Source of the DNA: Antedon mediterranea
Taxonomy: Eukaryota; Animalia; Echinodermata
Length of the DNA stretch: 64,000 bases
NCBI RefSeq assembly: GCF_964355755.1
Contig: NC_092670.1
Span: 30,306,388-30,370,387 of the forward strand
Reading direction: 5' to 3'
Shown here: one piece after another, positions 26,931 to 52,140 of the stretch
Numbering within the stretch: the stretch's first letter is position 1
Layout of the letters: the number at the start of each line of letters is the position of its first letter
The notes under the pieces: model-generated
The model's database searches: none
The model's input: only the letters and a program-made list of their open reading frames with translations
Told to the model about the DNA's origin: nothing
Translations under genes and position numbers: made by a program

Positions 26931-27689
26931 AACATGATTTCAACAAATCAACTATATTTCAACGTTGATTCAACGTTGAAATTATGTTCTGTGCCCACTG
27001 GGCTACTTAGAGACGGATGACTAAGGACAGACCGACATACCGTATATTGACAGACAGACCATAACCGATATATTTTACATAATATAATAAGCTCTAATTG
27101 TAACGCAAATTTAATTTTGTTTTAAACACTCCAATATAGTTAGGGCAGTTTTTAAAAGTTGTTTGAAAAATGCAAGCATATGTTACAAAAATATATGTTA
27201 TTCATTAAAATAAATAAATGAAATTTTACCCAAAAAACGGAAAAAATTTGACTATTTTCTAAATATTTTGTACAATAATGACTCAATGACTTTTGATGAT
27301 ATTCAATGTGTAGTAGGCCTATGATTCAGCTAACCTATTAGAATTCCAAAAGTATTGATGCATTTCATCAAATACTGTGCATAAAATAACGATATTGGTA
27401 CGGTAAACTTTGCGTGACAAAATAGGTCATTGACCTATGACCCGAAAGTGCATCACCAAAATCACTTAAGAGGGGTTTTACCAAAGTATGTCTCACACAA
27501 AAATCATATTAAGGTCAATACTAAATAGTAAAATATGTGCACTAATTCGACTCATCTTTCAGACTATGGTGTGTGACACCGAATGTAAGATAATTCAAAG
27601 ATTGATTGAGTGAATGATATTATAATTGTTTTTTGTATCTACTGTACTTCTAAATTGTTTAGGCCCATTATGAATTTATTTTACTTAGC

Positions 27690-28045
27690 CTAATCAACGT
27701 TGAAATTAGGTCACGACGTCGGACAACCCGACATATCAAAATCGGATCAACGTCTACCCTACGTCATTATTTTAACGTTAACGTTGAAAATTCAGTTTGA
27801 AGTTGATGGTTGATATCTAGCTCGATTCAACGTCACTATTCAACGTTGTATCAACGTTGAAATAAGATGTTGATGTCTGAAAATTCAAAGTCGATATACC
27901 ATCGTCGATACGACGTCACTATTCAAAGTTGTATCAACGCTAAAAAAGAAAATCGTCGATACGACGTCACTATTTTAAACGTTGATACGATGTTGAAAGT
28001 CTGACAATTCCAAGGTTGATCTCCATCCTCAAAACAACGTCGACT
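27690..28045. repeat. Degenerate CAACGTTG/GACGTC-rich repeat (older relative of the EnSpm subterminal arrays)
   Basis: Recurrent acgtcactattcaacgttgtatcaacg units. Confidence 0.5.
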
Positions 28046-28324
28046 ATCTCCTAGTGTAGTTATAGTAATCTCATTTACTTTTCTTTAGCAGTCCGTTACC
28101 AATTATCTCAGTCTGTATATTTTACATTATGGTTTGTTGGTCAAATAAATGAAAATGAAAAATGTAAATAGTTTTACGATATTTTTGTTTTATTGGCCGC
28201 TTGTAACAAGTTGTTGGTTGCACCATGGAGAAATAAGTTATTTTACCATGGTTGCACCAAAGATAGATTTTTTTTGCACTAAAATAAATTAATATACTGC
28301 CCTCTTTAGTTACATTCTAAACAA

Positions 28325-28365
28325 TAATCTCTCGCGAGCGAAACGTTTTCGTCGCGCGTTGTATG
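28325..28365 (+). promoter_or_regulatory. CpG-rich DDX23 core promoter with TCTCGCGAG (BANP/M4-like) motif
   Basis: tctctcgcgagcg ~120 bp upstream of ATG 28457. Confidence 0.45.
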
Positions 28366-28456
28366 TTCCCAGTTTGGCTATCCTTAGGCCTAGCCGAAGT
28401 CTTAGACTCTATTCATTTTGTAAGAAATAACATTACTCTTTCTGCAATTAAAGTAA

Positions 28457-39947
<11,491 letters not shown>

Positions 39948-40953
39948 TTTTCATTTGTGGTTTGGATCCCTATTTCCACATTGGAATAATCCATTTTCTC
40001 TGGAAATCCCACATAGTTGAAGTTTCATTATTTTATGAACACAGGGGACCGACAATCAAAAACAAATGGGAAAAAGATTTGACATTTGAAAAAAAAGCAA
40101 AATACTTCAACATGGATAGCAGGGTTTACTCTACTGCAGCATGAGAATAAGCCTTTGATGACCTATAAACATTTATTGAACAAGAAATTATATGCAGAAT
40201 ATTCCAGGTTCGATTCTCGGTTTATGGCCTTTTTTCTCATTATGAAAGTTTTCTTCATGTTTTCACCATTAAATTTTATAAATATTAATCCAATTCTAGT
40301 ATATCAGTGGTTTAGAGTTTCTCTATGCCTGTAAGTTTATGTTATATATACTTACTCAAGAACAACATTGAGTGAGTTGAAATGTACTCCCAGGGTGGGC
40401 TTGTATCTATATCCGCATATTTTTCAATTTTTTGCAGGAACATTTTTTTGATAGATTTTGAATAGTTTATTTTTAATTAAGATTTTTGTTTAAAACTATA
40501 CTATATAGGTATGTATATTTATCATTTTTTAAAATACTTGTTTTACTTTTGAAAGGGAAAGGTACATTAGTCTCTTGTAAGGAAGAGAAATAAATTGATT
40601 ATGTTTAAAAGTAAGTGCATTAATTGATTTGTACCACATTAATGAAGTTCATTTTATGTTCCAATCCAAAAAAATAATTATGATTATTGAGATTAAATAA
40701 CAATCTTACTTTGTATTATTTGCAAAATATTTGTTTTATATAATTTGTCAGTGAATGCAGAAAACTTCAACACAATCTAATACAATAAGACCAACAGATA
40801 TATATGAATCAATTGTGATGCGTAGCACTGTGTAATATAAATCATACTGTCAAATTATAGAAACAGTGCTCATATTCGGAACATGATCTCATAATCGCGT
40901 CGAGCATAGCTCATTGGCGAAAGTTTCGTATTTTTTTAGTTGTATGAAAAAAT

Positions 40954-41024
40954 GTCTCTGGCGGGATTCCAACCTGCGACCTCTCGCTTACAGAGCCAGT
41001 ATCATACCACTAGACCACAGAGCC
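40954..41024 (-). pseudogene. tRNA(Pro)-like pseudogene or SINE head
   Basis: GGCTCTGTGGTCTAGTGGTATGATACTGGCTCTGTAAGCGAGAGGTCGCAGGTTGGAATCCCGCCAGAGAC then T-run; intact A-box, mutated B-box (GTTGGA), mismatched acceptor and anticodon stems. Confidence 0.65.
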
Positions 41025-41224
41025 ATATGTGGTATTATCACAGATTTTCACCCACCAGATACATTCTCTCATACAACAAACGCCCTCACAATCAGTGGAG
41101 GCCTAACTAGTCAGAATAAATTCCAACAGTATGATTTATGTATATATATATACAGTATATACTTGCTACACAGACTTTCGAGCCACCTGTTGTTTTTATT
41201 ATTTTATTTTGTTTTAAATGCCAA

Positions 41225-41780
41225 AAATAAACAAGAAATATTTCTTACAAAAAACGCTGCTCGACATTTGAAAATTAATCATTGTTCTTTCTTCAGATAT
41301 ATTTATGATTAATTAATAAAAAGATGTCCTTTAATCCCAAAAATACATACAAGTCAAAGGTAGTTCTATAATAAAGAATCACATGCCCATTTAAAAATGA
41401 TCAATTTTGAACTATAATGTGCTGTGTGTGTGTGACCTCAAGGCATGCAACTGAATACCCTCTAGAGACAACGTGACTTCAAGCAAAGAGTGATATAATA
41501 TATTCTTTGCTTCAAGTGAGAAAATTCTTTAAGTCTGTTGATTCGCGTCAACCAATTAAAGGGCGAGAATCCAAAATCGTTCAACCGTAAGCCCACATAG
41601 ACTCGTTTTACCATGACGTTTTTTGTGTCCAGCAGCTGGGATCTATAAAGTATAGTCGAGTTTACAAATTAGCAAAAACGTCAGTGTCTAACTGCTGCTT
41701 GCTTTCAGCTTATAAATGAGTCATCTCTTGTGACGTAGCGGGCTAGAGCAGCAGTGTGAAAACAAAAATTCTAATAAAAT
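41225..41780 (+). repeat. Interspersed repeat family R copy 2 (empty-site version)
   Basis: Colinear with 13370-16050 without the foldback and LINE. Confidence 0.75.
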
Positions 41781-43239
41781 CATAACATTCATTTATCAAA
41801 AGTATACAGATTTATTATGTTAATTGTTTTTGTTAATTTGTTTTTTTTAATTGTATGTAGCAATTCATTTCTTCATGTTTTAAAGAGCGGTGTCAGTTTA
41901 TTTCAAAATGGGTAGCTTAAATCACTGTCGATGACTATCAAAATAATTACTTGATTAAAAATAAAACTGCCCTCCCTTTCCTGAAATGTATTGACACTTA
42001 ATAAGTATATTTTTTTTTATTTGGCCTACCACTGTATTGAAATCACCACAATAATAAAATGTACACTATCATGGAGTATGTATACATATTGTTCAATATC
42101 ACAGGGCTAGCTGATATTGATAAAATAAAACAATAACACAAATTTGACATAAATATAGATATTTATTGTGCTTAAAATGCTCACATCAATTATTTTCTAT
42201 TTAAATTATAAATATTGCATAATTCTTATGTTATATAATGTGCATCTATTTGTTCGCAAAGTGTTCATTTTAAAGTTTCTTTTGATTTCACCAATATTCA
42301 CAAATGAATCAAAGTACAAAATGGCTAAAATCAGATTTACAAACAAAAAGGTTGGCAGTGAATAAATATAATAAACACTGTCCCAATACCAAAACACCTT
42401 TGAAGTCAACTAGAGTGATTCAATAATGTGGAACAAAATTTATGTGTATCGAGTTTGGGGAGAATTTGATATTCTATATAATTAATTTGTCGATTACTTG
42501 AAGAAGTGAATTAAAAGCTAGCACGCGCATAATCTTGAATTCCTAATGTACTAAACTAAGCATACAGTACTAATATTTTCAAACTTGGTTTTTGATCTGT
42601 CATTGTTTTTAGGCAGAGACATTTCTGGGGATTTTCTATATTGTAAGCTTGTATTCAAATTAGTAACAATAACCTGCTTGGTGCATGGCTTCTAGGAATC
42701 GTCCTTTGTATTGTTGGTCATTTGTGTGGTGGAGGAGAGCTAGCCTAACAAATACAATGCATCTGTGTGAATTTAAAGTCTCCCTTTGTTATTGGCTCGT
42801 GGCATGTGGTGATCCCAGTTTGTTAAAAAATACAGACAGAAGCACACTAGGCGAAATGATTCTAGAGGTTGCACTGCTTTTGTAATTGTGGGGCGGAGGA
42901 AAACTTGTAATTCAAGATTTTGTCCTGCTTTTGTTATTGACTTGTGGCGTGGTCACAGCTTGTTTTATTTTTATTTTATTTATTCGACTTCTCACTAACT
43001 CAGTTAGTGAAGGATCTGGACCAACAGGTGGTAAACACCTTTGAAACGGTCCAGTCCCAATTTGCACAGTGGGACCGGGCCTACTTGGTTTAAAAAACAT
43101 TTTAAGAGTTCTCTTCTTTTGTTATTAGACTGGTGTGGTGGTCTCAGCTTGATAAACGATTCTAGGGTAACCCAATCAAACCTCATCTTTTTTGCCTTTG
43201 AGCTCAAATGAGTTCTGTTCAATGATTGCAGACTACAAC

Positions 43240-46200
43240 TCAGTGGAATGTTTCTAGCGTTCGTCCTTCTCTTGTTATTTGGTTGAATGGGTTGCCAGGA
43301 GATACAAGTGTTATCATTTTAGACATCTGCGATGTTCGTCGATGTGCTGAATCTGAACGGTAGTTTGGAATCATTCTGTGAACAAGATGTTAATAATATT
43401 ACCTATAGTACAGGAAAACTATGAAATATGGTTGAAAAAATTGCAACAGAATTTATTTCACCACAATGCATTTCTATAAGGTCCCTATATGAACATATTA
43501 AAAGTCTAGAAAAATCCAGGTAGGGGAAATAGGTTTTTTTAAACAAAATGGCCGCCAATGTCGAAAATGCCTAAAAAGGACAAAAAACATAAATAGTAGA
43601 TCTAATTCAATTTAATAATCAACTTTATAGCGGTTTTTACAATGATTTTTATATTTCTTTACAGTTTTGAAGATCTGAACTACAATATACACATTATTTT
43701 AAGTGCTGTTATTAGAAAATGGCTGCAAAACAAATGTTTAAGTATCTAGATATATCCCTATTGTTATAATATATAAAACGCAGTCCTTCCTATGCTTAAT
43801 GCATAGGATTACGGTGTCTAATAATAAATCAGTTCATTTACATTTGTACTGTTATAACAATATATTACAACATTGGTGGTACCAGTGGGGAGGGGTATAG
43901 GGATGGGAGATCATATGGGAAGGGTGAGGGAGTCTGTCCGGCCCCCCCATCCCCTCTCCCCAATTGGCTATTTTTGGGAGTATATGTAGACAATATGATG
44001 ATATTTCCTAATATAAAACAATACCCCATTGAGTGCTGTTTCAAGGATTTTCATTTTTAAAAGTGACTAAAACTACCCTTTACTGGTATAATATTGTCGG
44101 AACTTCTGGGTGCGCTCCCATTGATGGCCCAGCCAATTGATGCTAGCTGCGCTCTCCCCCCCCCAGCCCCCTTAACGGGAAAATCCTTGTACCATCACTG
44201 GACTACAATCTATTACCGTATTTATTCGGATAAATGCTACATTTAGAAAAATCGAACAAACTCCCCCATAAGACATCATTTTGAATAACCTACACCAGCG
44301 CACCCCCTCCCCTGCCCCCATCGGACATCATTTTGAATTTATTTCGTCGAATGTACGACCCGCCACATTCATATTATACATAATATTGTGTTTTAACACA
44401 TCTCTATTTGTAATAGAATTCACTGAATGACATGATGGTGTTGTATTTGTTCATATCTAAAGGGTGTATTTATTTGATTATACATGTTACCACATTACAC
44501 CCACAAAAATAAACGCCTCTCCGAATAAACTCCTCACAACGATTACACGCCCCCACTACCCTCCTTAAAAATCAACCACCAAGGGCATTTATTCAAATAA
44601 ATGCGGTAATTTCACTTTCATCTTGTCAGTATCTCATCCTCCATATATTGGTGGGGAATTGAGCATGTGCTGATGCCGTGGCATTCTTAAAAAATAGTGG
44701 AGCAGCAGTCCAACCCATATTTTCTGCAACTGCAATTCATTTTACTACAACCTTATTTACAGGTACATCTAATCAACTTTAATAGTTTCTCTGGTGCTGG
44801 TAGTAAATTTGTCATCAATACTTTCCATCCCTAGTTTGTGGGTTGAAGAGTATTTCCTATCCACTGCTATACCTGGTAATAAAGACTCACGAAATAACAT
44901 TTTGCAGCAAGGGAATAGATTTGCTTTTTGCAACTTTCTCAAAGAAAAGTAGTCTCCATTGACTTCCCTCCATATATAGCTACCAATGCCAAATTCCTGA
45001 TGCAATGTTTTCTTTTTTTTGGAAACTGTTTGGTTTACAAAATTTGACATACAACTCCAACTGTGATGATTTTCCAGCTTTTCCTAAACCAAATTTACTT
45101 ACGGCCCATAATTATATAAACACAAGAGTTTACTTTGCCTTCACATAACGTAACAAACATACATGGTACATAATAAATGTCTTGAAATGTTGCTGTTTCG
45201 GGCCAAGAGGTTTGATGTAGCAAACAGTGGGCAGTGAGATGAAGGTTTCTGAGTAGTCTAGCAGTGTGTATGGAGTCGATGAAGTAAAAGAGGGCTGCAG
45301 GAAAAGTACAAGGTTCTTTTTCAACAAATGATGCATTGTGTATGACTGTCTCACATAGCCATCAATGATGAAATAGTATATGTGAAGGAATGTGCACTGC
45401 TTCTCTATTGATGAATATGGTTGATTTTGACCCATGTGTAATAATATGTTCTTTCCTCTTAAATTAATATTCTGTCACGGTTGCTTCATTCATTGATTTA
45501 ATACTGTATGTTCTCGATGGGGGAGCACTGTGAATGCATGTAAAGTCTTTCCTTGGTGTGAAGCTCTGTAAAAATTAATTTGCTTTTTATACATGGAATC
45601 CAGGGATGTGATACTACATCCCATCTATTTGGTGTTAATCTTAAAAAGTCATAACACCTGGGCAGTAGTATGCTTATAAACTCTGTAAAACCAAACGTCT
45701 TAAAAAAAAAAGAATCCATCGCCTCAGAGGAATTGGCATTGGTAGCGCTATGGAGGAATACGTTCTGGGAGAAAGTAGCAAAAAGCAAAACAGCACTTGA
45801 AATAAAGTCTATTCCCCCCAACAACAAATGCTGCAAAATGTCATTCCCTGCGTGTATATTACCATGGTACAGCAGTGGATAGAAAATACTCTTCAACCGA
45901 CAGACTGGGGGATGGAAAGTTACAAATGGCGTGATGTGTCCATTGATGACAAATTTACCACCAGTTACCACTGTTTGTGACGAATACCACGGCATCATCA
46001 GCACATGCTTAATTCCTACCTATAGACAGAGGATGATAACTGGACAATGAAAATGAATGGATTAATAGATTGTAAGATTGTATAATTCTATTGTAAATGA
46101 ACTGTTTTATTAGACACCGTAGTCCTGCATTATAATGCATAGGACTACGTTGTCTATTATTATAACCGTGGTGATATCTTGATACTTAAATTTGTGTTTT

Positions 46201-49200
46201 TGCTGCTAAATAGCACTTAAATTAATATGTATATTGCAGTTTAAATGTTTGACACTAAAGAGATATAAAAAGCATTATAAAAACTGCTATCAAGTGGTAA
46301 TTAGATATACAATATATGTTTTATGTTCATTTTTAGACATTTTTCACCATTGGCGGCCATTTTGTTTAAAAAAACCTATTTCCCCTACCTGGATTTTTCT
46401 AGACTTTTAGTATGTTCATATAGGAACCTTATAGAAATGCATTGTGGTGAAAAAAATTCTGTTGCAATTTTTTCAACCTTTTACTGATTCTGAGCATATC
46501 TTTCATGTACTACTGATACATTTTAAAGTTTAAAAGACTCCTACAGCTATAACATCCTGTGTGGACATGATTTTGGTTTATTGCAATATGCTGTAACAAC
46601 CTGTAGGAAATGAGCACTCAAAGTATTAGCAGCGTTCACACATACTAGAGTTAAGTGTGCATATAACAATAGTTAAGCTTACATACACAGCTGTTTCATA
46701 TGTTTGTAACAAACTTATGATGGTTATCTATAGGCTATAAAGTTAACTTTGCAGATAACAGAATAAAAACCAAACATATATCAATCAATATTAATGAGAG
46801 GTTTTTTTAGTGTTTAGGAAATTGATTCATGAAACCTAAAAGCTACCAAATCCAGAACAAAACACTGCATTACGTTTACCAGCAAGGTGCATAGATCGGC
46901 TAGTACATAACTCACAGGTGTTCTCAGTTATGTGGGCATCTAACTAGACAACAAATGTAATGTTTCCTCGCTCTGGATTCTCTAGCAAAGTGATCTGTGT
47001 TGGACAATCCTAAATATGAAGCCTCTGTTCTAATTACATTTGGTAACATATGGCCAATTTACGATTTTTATCATCATTGAACAGTAACTGTTTGGTGTGG
47101 CTGTAATTTGATTGCCTCACATTATGAGCGTCAAATTTGATCTGTTGTTTCTTGATATGATTATTCAAATCATATCCAAATTACAATCAACGTAAATGAT
47201 CTTGTGATCTGTTAACTCTCTCTTATAACTTTTATGGGTTTTGAGAGGTGCATCCAATGCAAGTTTGACTCTGCTAGGTTTTGAAATGTAAGCTTTTACA
47301 ATGGGGTTGTATCAGATGTTTATTTGGTGTATTTGCTTTTGAATTCAAAACAAGCTAAACCAAATTGATACCATTAGAAAAAAGAGCATGTAAACATGAG
47401 CTTAAGTTTCAGAGTCCAATATCAAAGCAATTCTAAACAGTTATTGGAAGGATTAATACTAAAGCGTTTTTCAACACTTACCTGTGGACTCTTGCTGTAG
47501 TCTGAGGGGGAGGCAGAGGTGTATTGCTATTGGCGGGATGACTGCTACTCCAGTGGGTGTGTCCTGTGTAGCCTGGGATATTTGCTCGTCTGTAAAATTT
47601 AAATTTAAGGTTAGAAAGTGAGGACCATTTCACTAAAAAATGTAAACCTGTGACTCACTGCCTACTGAATTACACATATGTGTGGATAACTTTCTTCCCC
47701 CTTCATGTTGTACACTTTAAAGTGCACACAAGTCAGATGTGTACACTGCACCTCTAGTTTTAAGTCACTATTCGAGAAGACTAATTGTTCTACCACCAGA
47801 ACCATCGTTCACGAGAGCATTGAACTTGTGCCGATGGTATGGCTATGGATTGTGGTGCCCCTGTAACCCCTCGGCCACTCGACTCAGGTGGACATACATT
47901 CAATTTGCTAAATATGTACCTGGCTGTGTCTGTATATCTTGGTTTTGCAGTTCTTAGTACAGTTTGTGGAATATAAAATACTCTTGGATTATCTTGTTCA
48001 CCTGGTGTTCCCAAATAACCACTGTAATTTGGTATGTGATTAACTTTGCAGTATGGGCTACAGCTGAAAGAAAAAACGTAATACAATGCAGACATACAGA
48101 AAAATAAACAATTGGTTTTTTTCTCCAGCTCTATAATTATGCAATATGCTATTGTATGTATGAAAGGCCTGTATATAGTGTTCTAGAAAGTAGGCTAAAG
48201 AAGGTTATGTAAAAAGTTGATATGTAAATTATTTCATTCTTGTAAGTGAATTGTTATAGAATTTTCATTGAATGCCATGTAGCAGGTTTCCCTCGAATAA
48301 ACTCCTTCCTAAAAACTAAGGTGTGTTTATTCAAATAAATATGACAGGTTTCTGTAATGTGCTTACAATTCTACTGGACCAGTAAAGTGATATCCATCTC
48401 GTATTTGAAACTTATCCCATGTTCCTTCTAGACTCTGATAACCATGCGCAGTTGGTGCGTAGCGTTTATTCTCATTAAATCGGTGTGACACCAAGTCAGA
48501 TTGTCGTTCAACTGTGGATGCTGGTGGTAGAACCTTGGGAGCTAGCATTGAATCCCAATCTACTTCTTCATATGCTCTGTAAATTTTCAAACCAAAAGTG
48601 GTTAGCGGCAGATCCAAATGGTGGCATTAACCCCTACATATCACAATTTATTTCATGTTTGAATATACCTTTTACACTTACAGTATTTTACTGTTTAAGC
48701 TATGACCAATTGATTGACCAATTATTAACCCAATCAGGGCCTAACTCTCAAGATTAAGAACCTTTTTCCTTCTCATACTTGTACTGTAGTGTCTCTCTTT
48801 TACCAATCTGCCCCTAATAGTGTTTAGTATTGAAAAAAGAATATGATTGCAAAAAAACCATCAAAGTGTTCAAGCTGCACCTATTAAAATAATGAAAAGT
48901 TTCAATTTTGTTTTTTAAAGAATTGACAATATACCTTTGTGTAGAGGAAGTGTAGCAATATCTATGAGCGGCTTTATCTTTCCAATCAGGGACTCTATCC
49001 ACAGCCTGTTGAAACAGAATGATAACAAGATGAATACTGTTGATATGGACTGATGGTAAATACTGCATGACACACTGTGGGCCAATTTAACAACTGTACA
49101 AGCTAAAATCACTGTTCAGTGTTTTGCACACGTTTTAAACTACTGGTGGCAGTGGCGGATCCAGGATTTTGAAATAGGGGGCCCCATGGCCTACAAGTAG

Positions 49201-51500
49201 TGAAATGAAGTTCTGAACTTAATTTGATGTCCTATCTTTTGCATTACAATTTGTGAAATTTAAAGGGGCCCAGGCCGGCTCCAACTCCTCCTCCCCCTGC
49301 CCCTTGGTGGATCTAGAAAATAATTTTACCAAATATAGTATTAACATTTATTTATTATTTCAACCACCTTTAACAAAGTGTGGTCCATCTAAATGAAACT
49401 GATCAAAAGACCCCCACAAATAATATATAATTATTTAATCTCTTATTTTTATACAATGTTGACAGACCAGAATGTTAATCTTGAAAGATATAATAGTGAC
49501 TGTAGATTACACAAGTTACTATTTGACATTTTGATAATTCAATACAGTATACTGCAAAAACACTGCATGTGGCAATCAATGTTTATAGACAGTCAGTGTA
49601 GAATCTAATCTAGCTTTTACAATTGATTATATTGATCTTTAATAGATATTTTATAAATAGTTATAGCTCTATTGATTCTATTCTTTTATATATAGACACA
49701 CCGCACAATACAGTTAGCTTATTCTACCATAAATATATTAATTGTCCAAGTTTAACTTTTAAAACTATAAACATACTGTGTATTTTTTTTACTACAAAAG
49801 GACTACTTACATTGGCTAGTCCTTTAATCGATAATGTTGATAATCTATTTTGTATTCTTTCTTGTTCTTTTTCAACTTCTCGTGGATCTCGGTCACTGGT
49901 CCATCCTGCAATTAACACGATAACCATTAGGGTATAGTAGACTTCATAGATTATATTTTGAACTAAAGCTTACATACACATCAAAGTTTATTATGTGACA
50001 ACAAAATTTGATGTGCCCATATATGGACATAATGATTATCTATCGAAATTGTGTTCTTCAAGTTTATTTTGACAACGTCATCGTACCAAAAAATTAGAAC
50101 ATGGTGTAGTTCCCGTAATTTCACCTATGTTACACTGTATATAGATATACAGTACACTGTACTGTATGACACTTAATAGGCACCAATCAGCACCATAAGC
50201 ATATATGCATCAGGTAATAGGATTGCATAAATCAATATTTTGCAGTCATATTTAACATACGTGCATGTTTTAAAAAAAATTAAATATCAGTAAAATTTAA
50301 AAAAATTATCACCTATAATTCGTCAAAGTGACGAATAAAATTCTAGTTTATTGTTGATATTGTAGACAGAGCGTAACAATGTTCATTCAAATGATTTCAT
50401 CTCAGTTATTTGAGACTCTTTTCGTCCCTTGACCAAATGATACTTTGTTGTTTTTTGTTTTGTTTTTATACATATGTTGAATGTTTGTTGATTTTGGTCA
50501 AAATATATGTTGAATTGACAAAAACTGACTAAAAAGGCCGCTATTTACCAGGGAGGAAAACTGTACCCAGGTTTAAATTTAAAGGAAGTCCTCCTTGGAT
50601 TTGCTACCCCACATCTCTTCTTAATTCAATGCATGCAGACAGATTTATGGAAGATATTACCACTGTTTTCTTTTGTGAATATTATAATTGGTTTTTTTCT
50701 CTTACCTCTGGTACCTTAGATCCCCTGGAACAAAGTTCAAATCCTGTCAGATGCCAGGATTTGGTTCTCATGACAGAACTCCACCCACAAAGACTTGTAA
50801 TAAGACTTTGTTTGTGTATAATACTATCTTGTGTTTGTCTTTGTGGTTATTTTAAGGGGGAGGGCCGCTTTATTAGCCACTATTAATGAGCCTTAACAGC
50901 CTTGTCTCCAAACTGTCATAAAATATAATCTTTATTTACAGTACCTCCTAATTTTGCTCGGATCCAAACATCACTAATTTTTCTACCAGACCAATTTCCT
51001 GGCTCACTCCTGAATCTAGTAATTTCCCCCTCACAATTAGCTCCTAGATGCGGGGATGTATATGACCGTTTAATAGTTAGATCTTCCCGCCATTTTCCTG
51101 GTGGTATGCGGTCTCTATGTTCAGACGACTTTGATGGTTGCGGAGTCATTGGCGTCACATTGTTTGGTGGATTATCAATTGCTTGCATAGATGGTATATC
51201 CCTGATACCGGTGCTACGATCAACATCCGCGGACGCAGAGATAAATCCACTTGTAGGATCTATAATGGGTACATTATCCCGGGCTGGTGCAAGGGTGTCA
51301 TCATTGTACTTAACAAATCCTACATTTCGTGTATCTTGAAAACTATCAAAGTCAAATTTCCCTCTTAATTTAGGGAATTTCATTTGTCGTATACGTCTGC
51401 TTTGTGAAATCTGTTGCCCAATGTTGCTGCCAGCATTCGTGTCTGGTTGTAGGTGCAATCTGAGGTCTCCCTCTGGCCTTTTCAGCATCGTTGCTGTCAT
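43240..51500 (-). CDS. SPATA48: Spermatogenesis-associated protein 48 / sperm microtubule inner protein 7, 439 aa
   Basis: Exons 51500-50945, 49905-49811, 49005-48935, 48576-48367, 48063-47920, 47589-47482, 43375-43240 (1320 nt); motifs PARDNVPIIDPTSGF, WIRAKLGGWTS, YTSSTQRAYEEVDWD, ANIPGYTG..HPANSN, TLVSPGNPFN match my recollection of human C7orf72/SPATA48; 5'UTR donor at 51940-51941. Confidence 0.85.
43406..46512 (+). mobile_element. Decayed Academ DNA transposon in the last SPATA48 intron
   Basis: Termini TAGTACA(G/T)GAAA..TTTCATGTACTA, ~400-bp TIRs, CTA/CTG flanks; plus-strand remnants LLFIHGIQGCDTTSHLFG, PPTTNAAKCHSLRVYY, GWKVTNGVMCPLMTNLP with stops and frameshifts (~45570-45960). Confidence 0.78.
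44216..44606. mobile_element. Tc1/mariner (Tc2/pogo-like) MITE nested in Academ
   Basis: ta|ccgtatttattcggataaatgc .. gcatttattcaaataaatgcgg|ta; TA TSD. Confidence 0.7.
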
Positions 51501-52095
51501 TTTTTATTTATGGTCCTCCTATCTATTGATACGTTTCGGTAAATCTGTAATATAAATTTCGTTTGAATAAAAAAAAAAATAAAATCAGAAAAAAATGAAG
51601 TGCAAGGCAACTCAGGCTGAAATCAGACTGGAACTCCCTTCTTAAATCTGTAGTAGAGGCTACACCAATTAATCATTTCAAAACATTATTGGAGAGACAC
51701 TAGTCTGACCACCATAAATGATGTTCTGTCCTTACGTTGAGTATAAACAGAGGGACACACAGGCTTGCCCAAGATATATATACACTTTTAAAATAAGCCT
51801 AAAACTCACTAAATAAATACGAATAAGCCTAGCCTAAGTATAGTAACTTTCTAGTAGGCTAAGGCCTAATACATAGTTATATACAACGTCTAACTGGTTT
51901 GTTGCAGCTCAATTTATTATTTAACTCCTAAAGAAACTTACCGAATACACATGTGATCATTCAATCATAATTAATCTTATTGACAAAACATAATATTTCA
52001 ATAATGTAATCAATCAACCTCGGAATCAACCTACACTGCTCATCTATTATCGTATAACACCTTGCTTAACTGTATGTGCTTATCAACAGCGTCTG

Positions 52096-52140
52096 GTTGC
52101 TATGTACTTCAATGATAATTGAACTTAACTCCGCCCAATT
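52096..52140. promoter_or_regulatory. SPATA48 promoter: partial RFX X-box plus GC box
   Basis: GTTGCTATGTAC at 52096-52107 and CTCCGCCCA near 52130, upstream of the first exon of an axonemal gene. Confidence 0.4.

Larger units (their letters stand above)
20692..27002. mobile_element. 6.3-kb non-autonomous CMC/EnSpm-like DNA transposon with subterminal satellites
   Basis: Termini CCCAGTGGGCA..TGCCCACTGGG; 2-bp TSD CT; AACGTT-rich subterminal arrays; no transposase ORF seen. Confidence 0.8.

Noticed and set aside
40954-41024. Functional tRNA gene
   Set aside because: Mutated T-loop/B-box and mismatched acceptor and anticodon stems
43883-44200. hAT MITE (CAGTG..CACTG)
   Set aside because: No 8-bp TSD and weak TIR match; the same applies to fragments at ~49150 and ~57633
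45498-46004. 168-aa minus-strand ORF
   Set aside because: Antisense shadow of the decayed Academ transposase; no recognisable motifs
46540-47012. Extra SPATA48 exons (46918-47010, 46547-46601)
   Set aside because: The first adds an in-frame stop, the second breaks phase; the direct 47482->43375 join gives the conserved C-terminus
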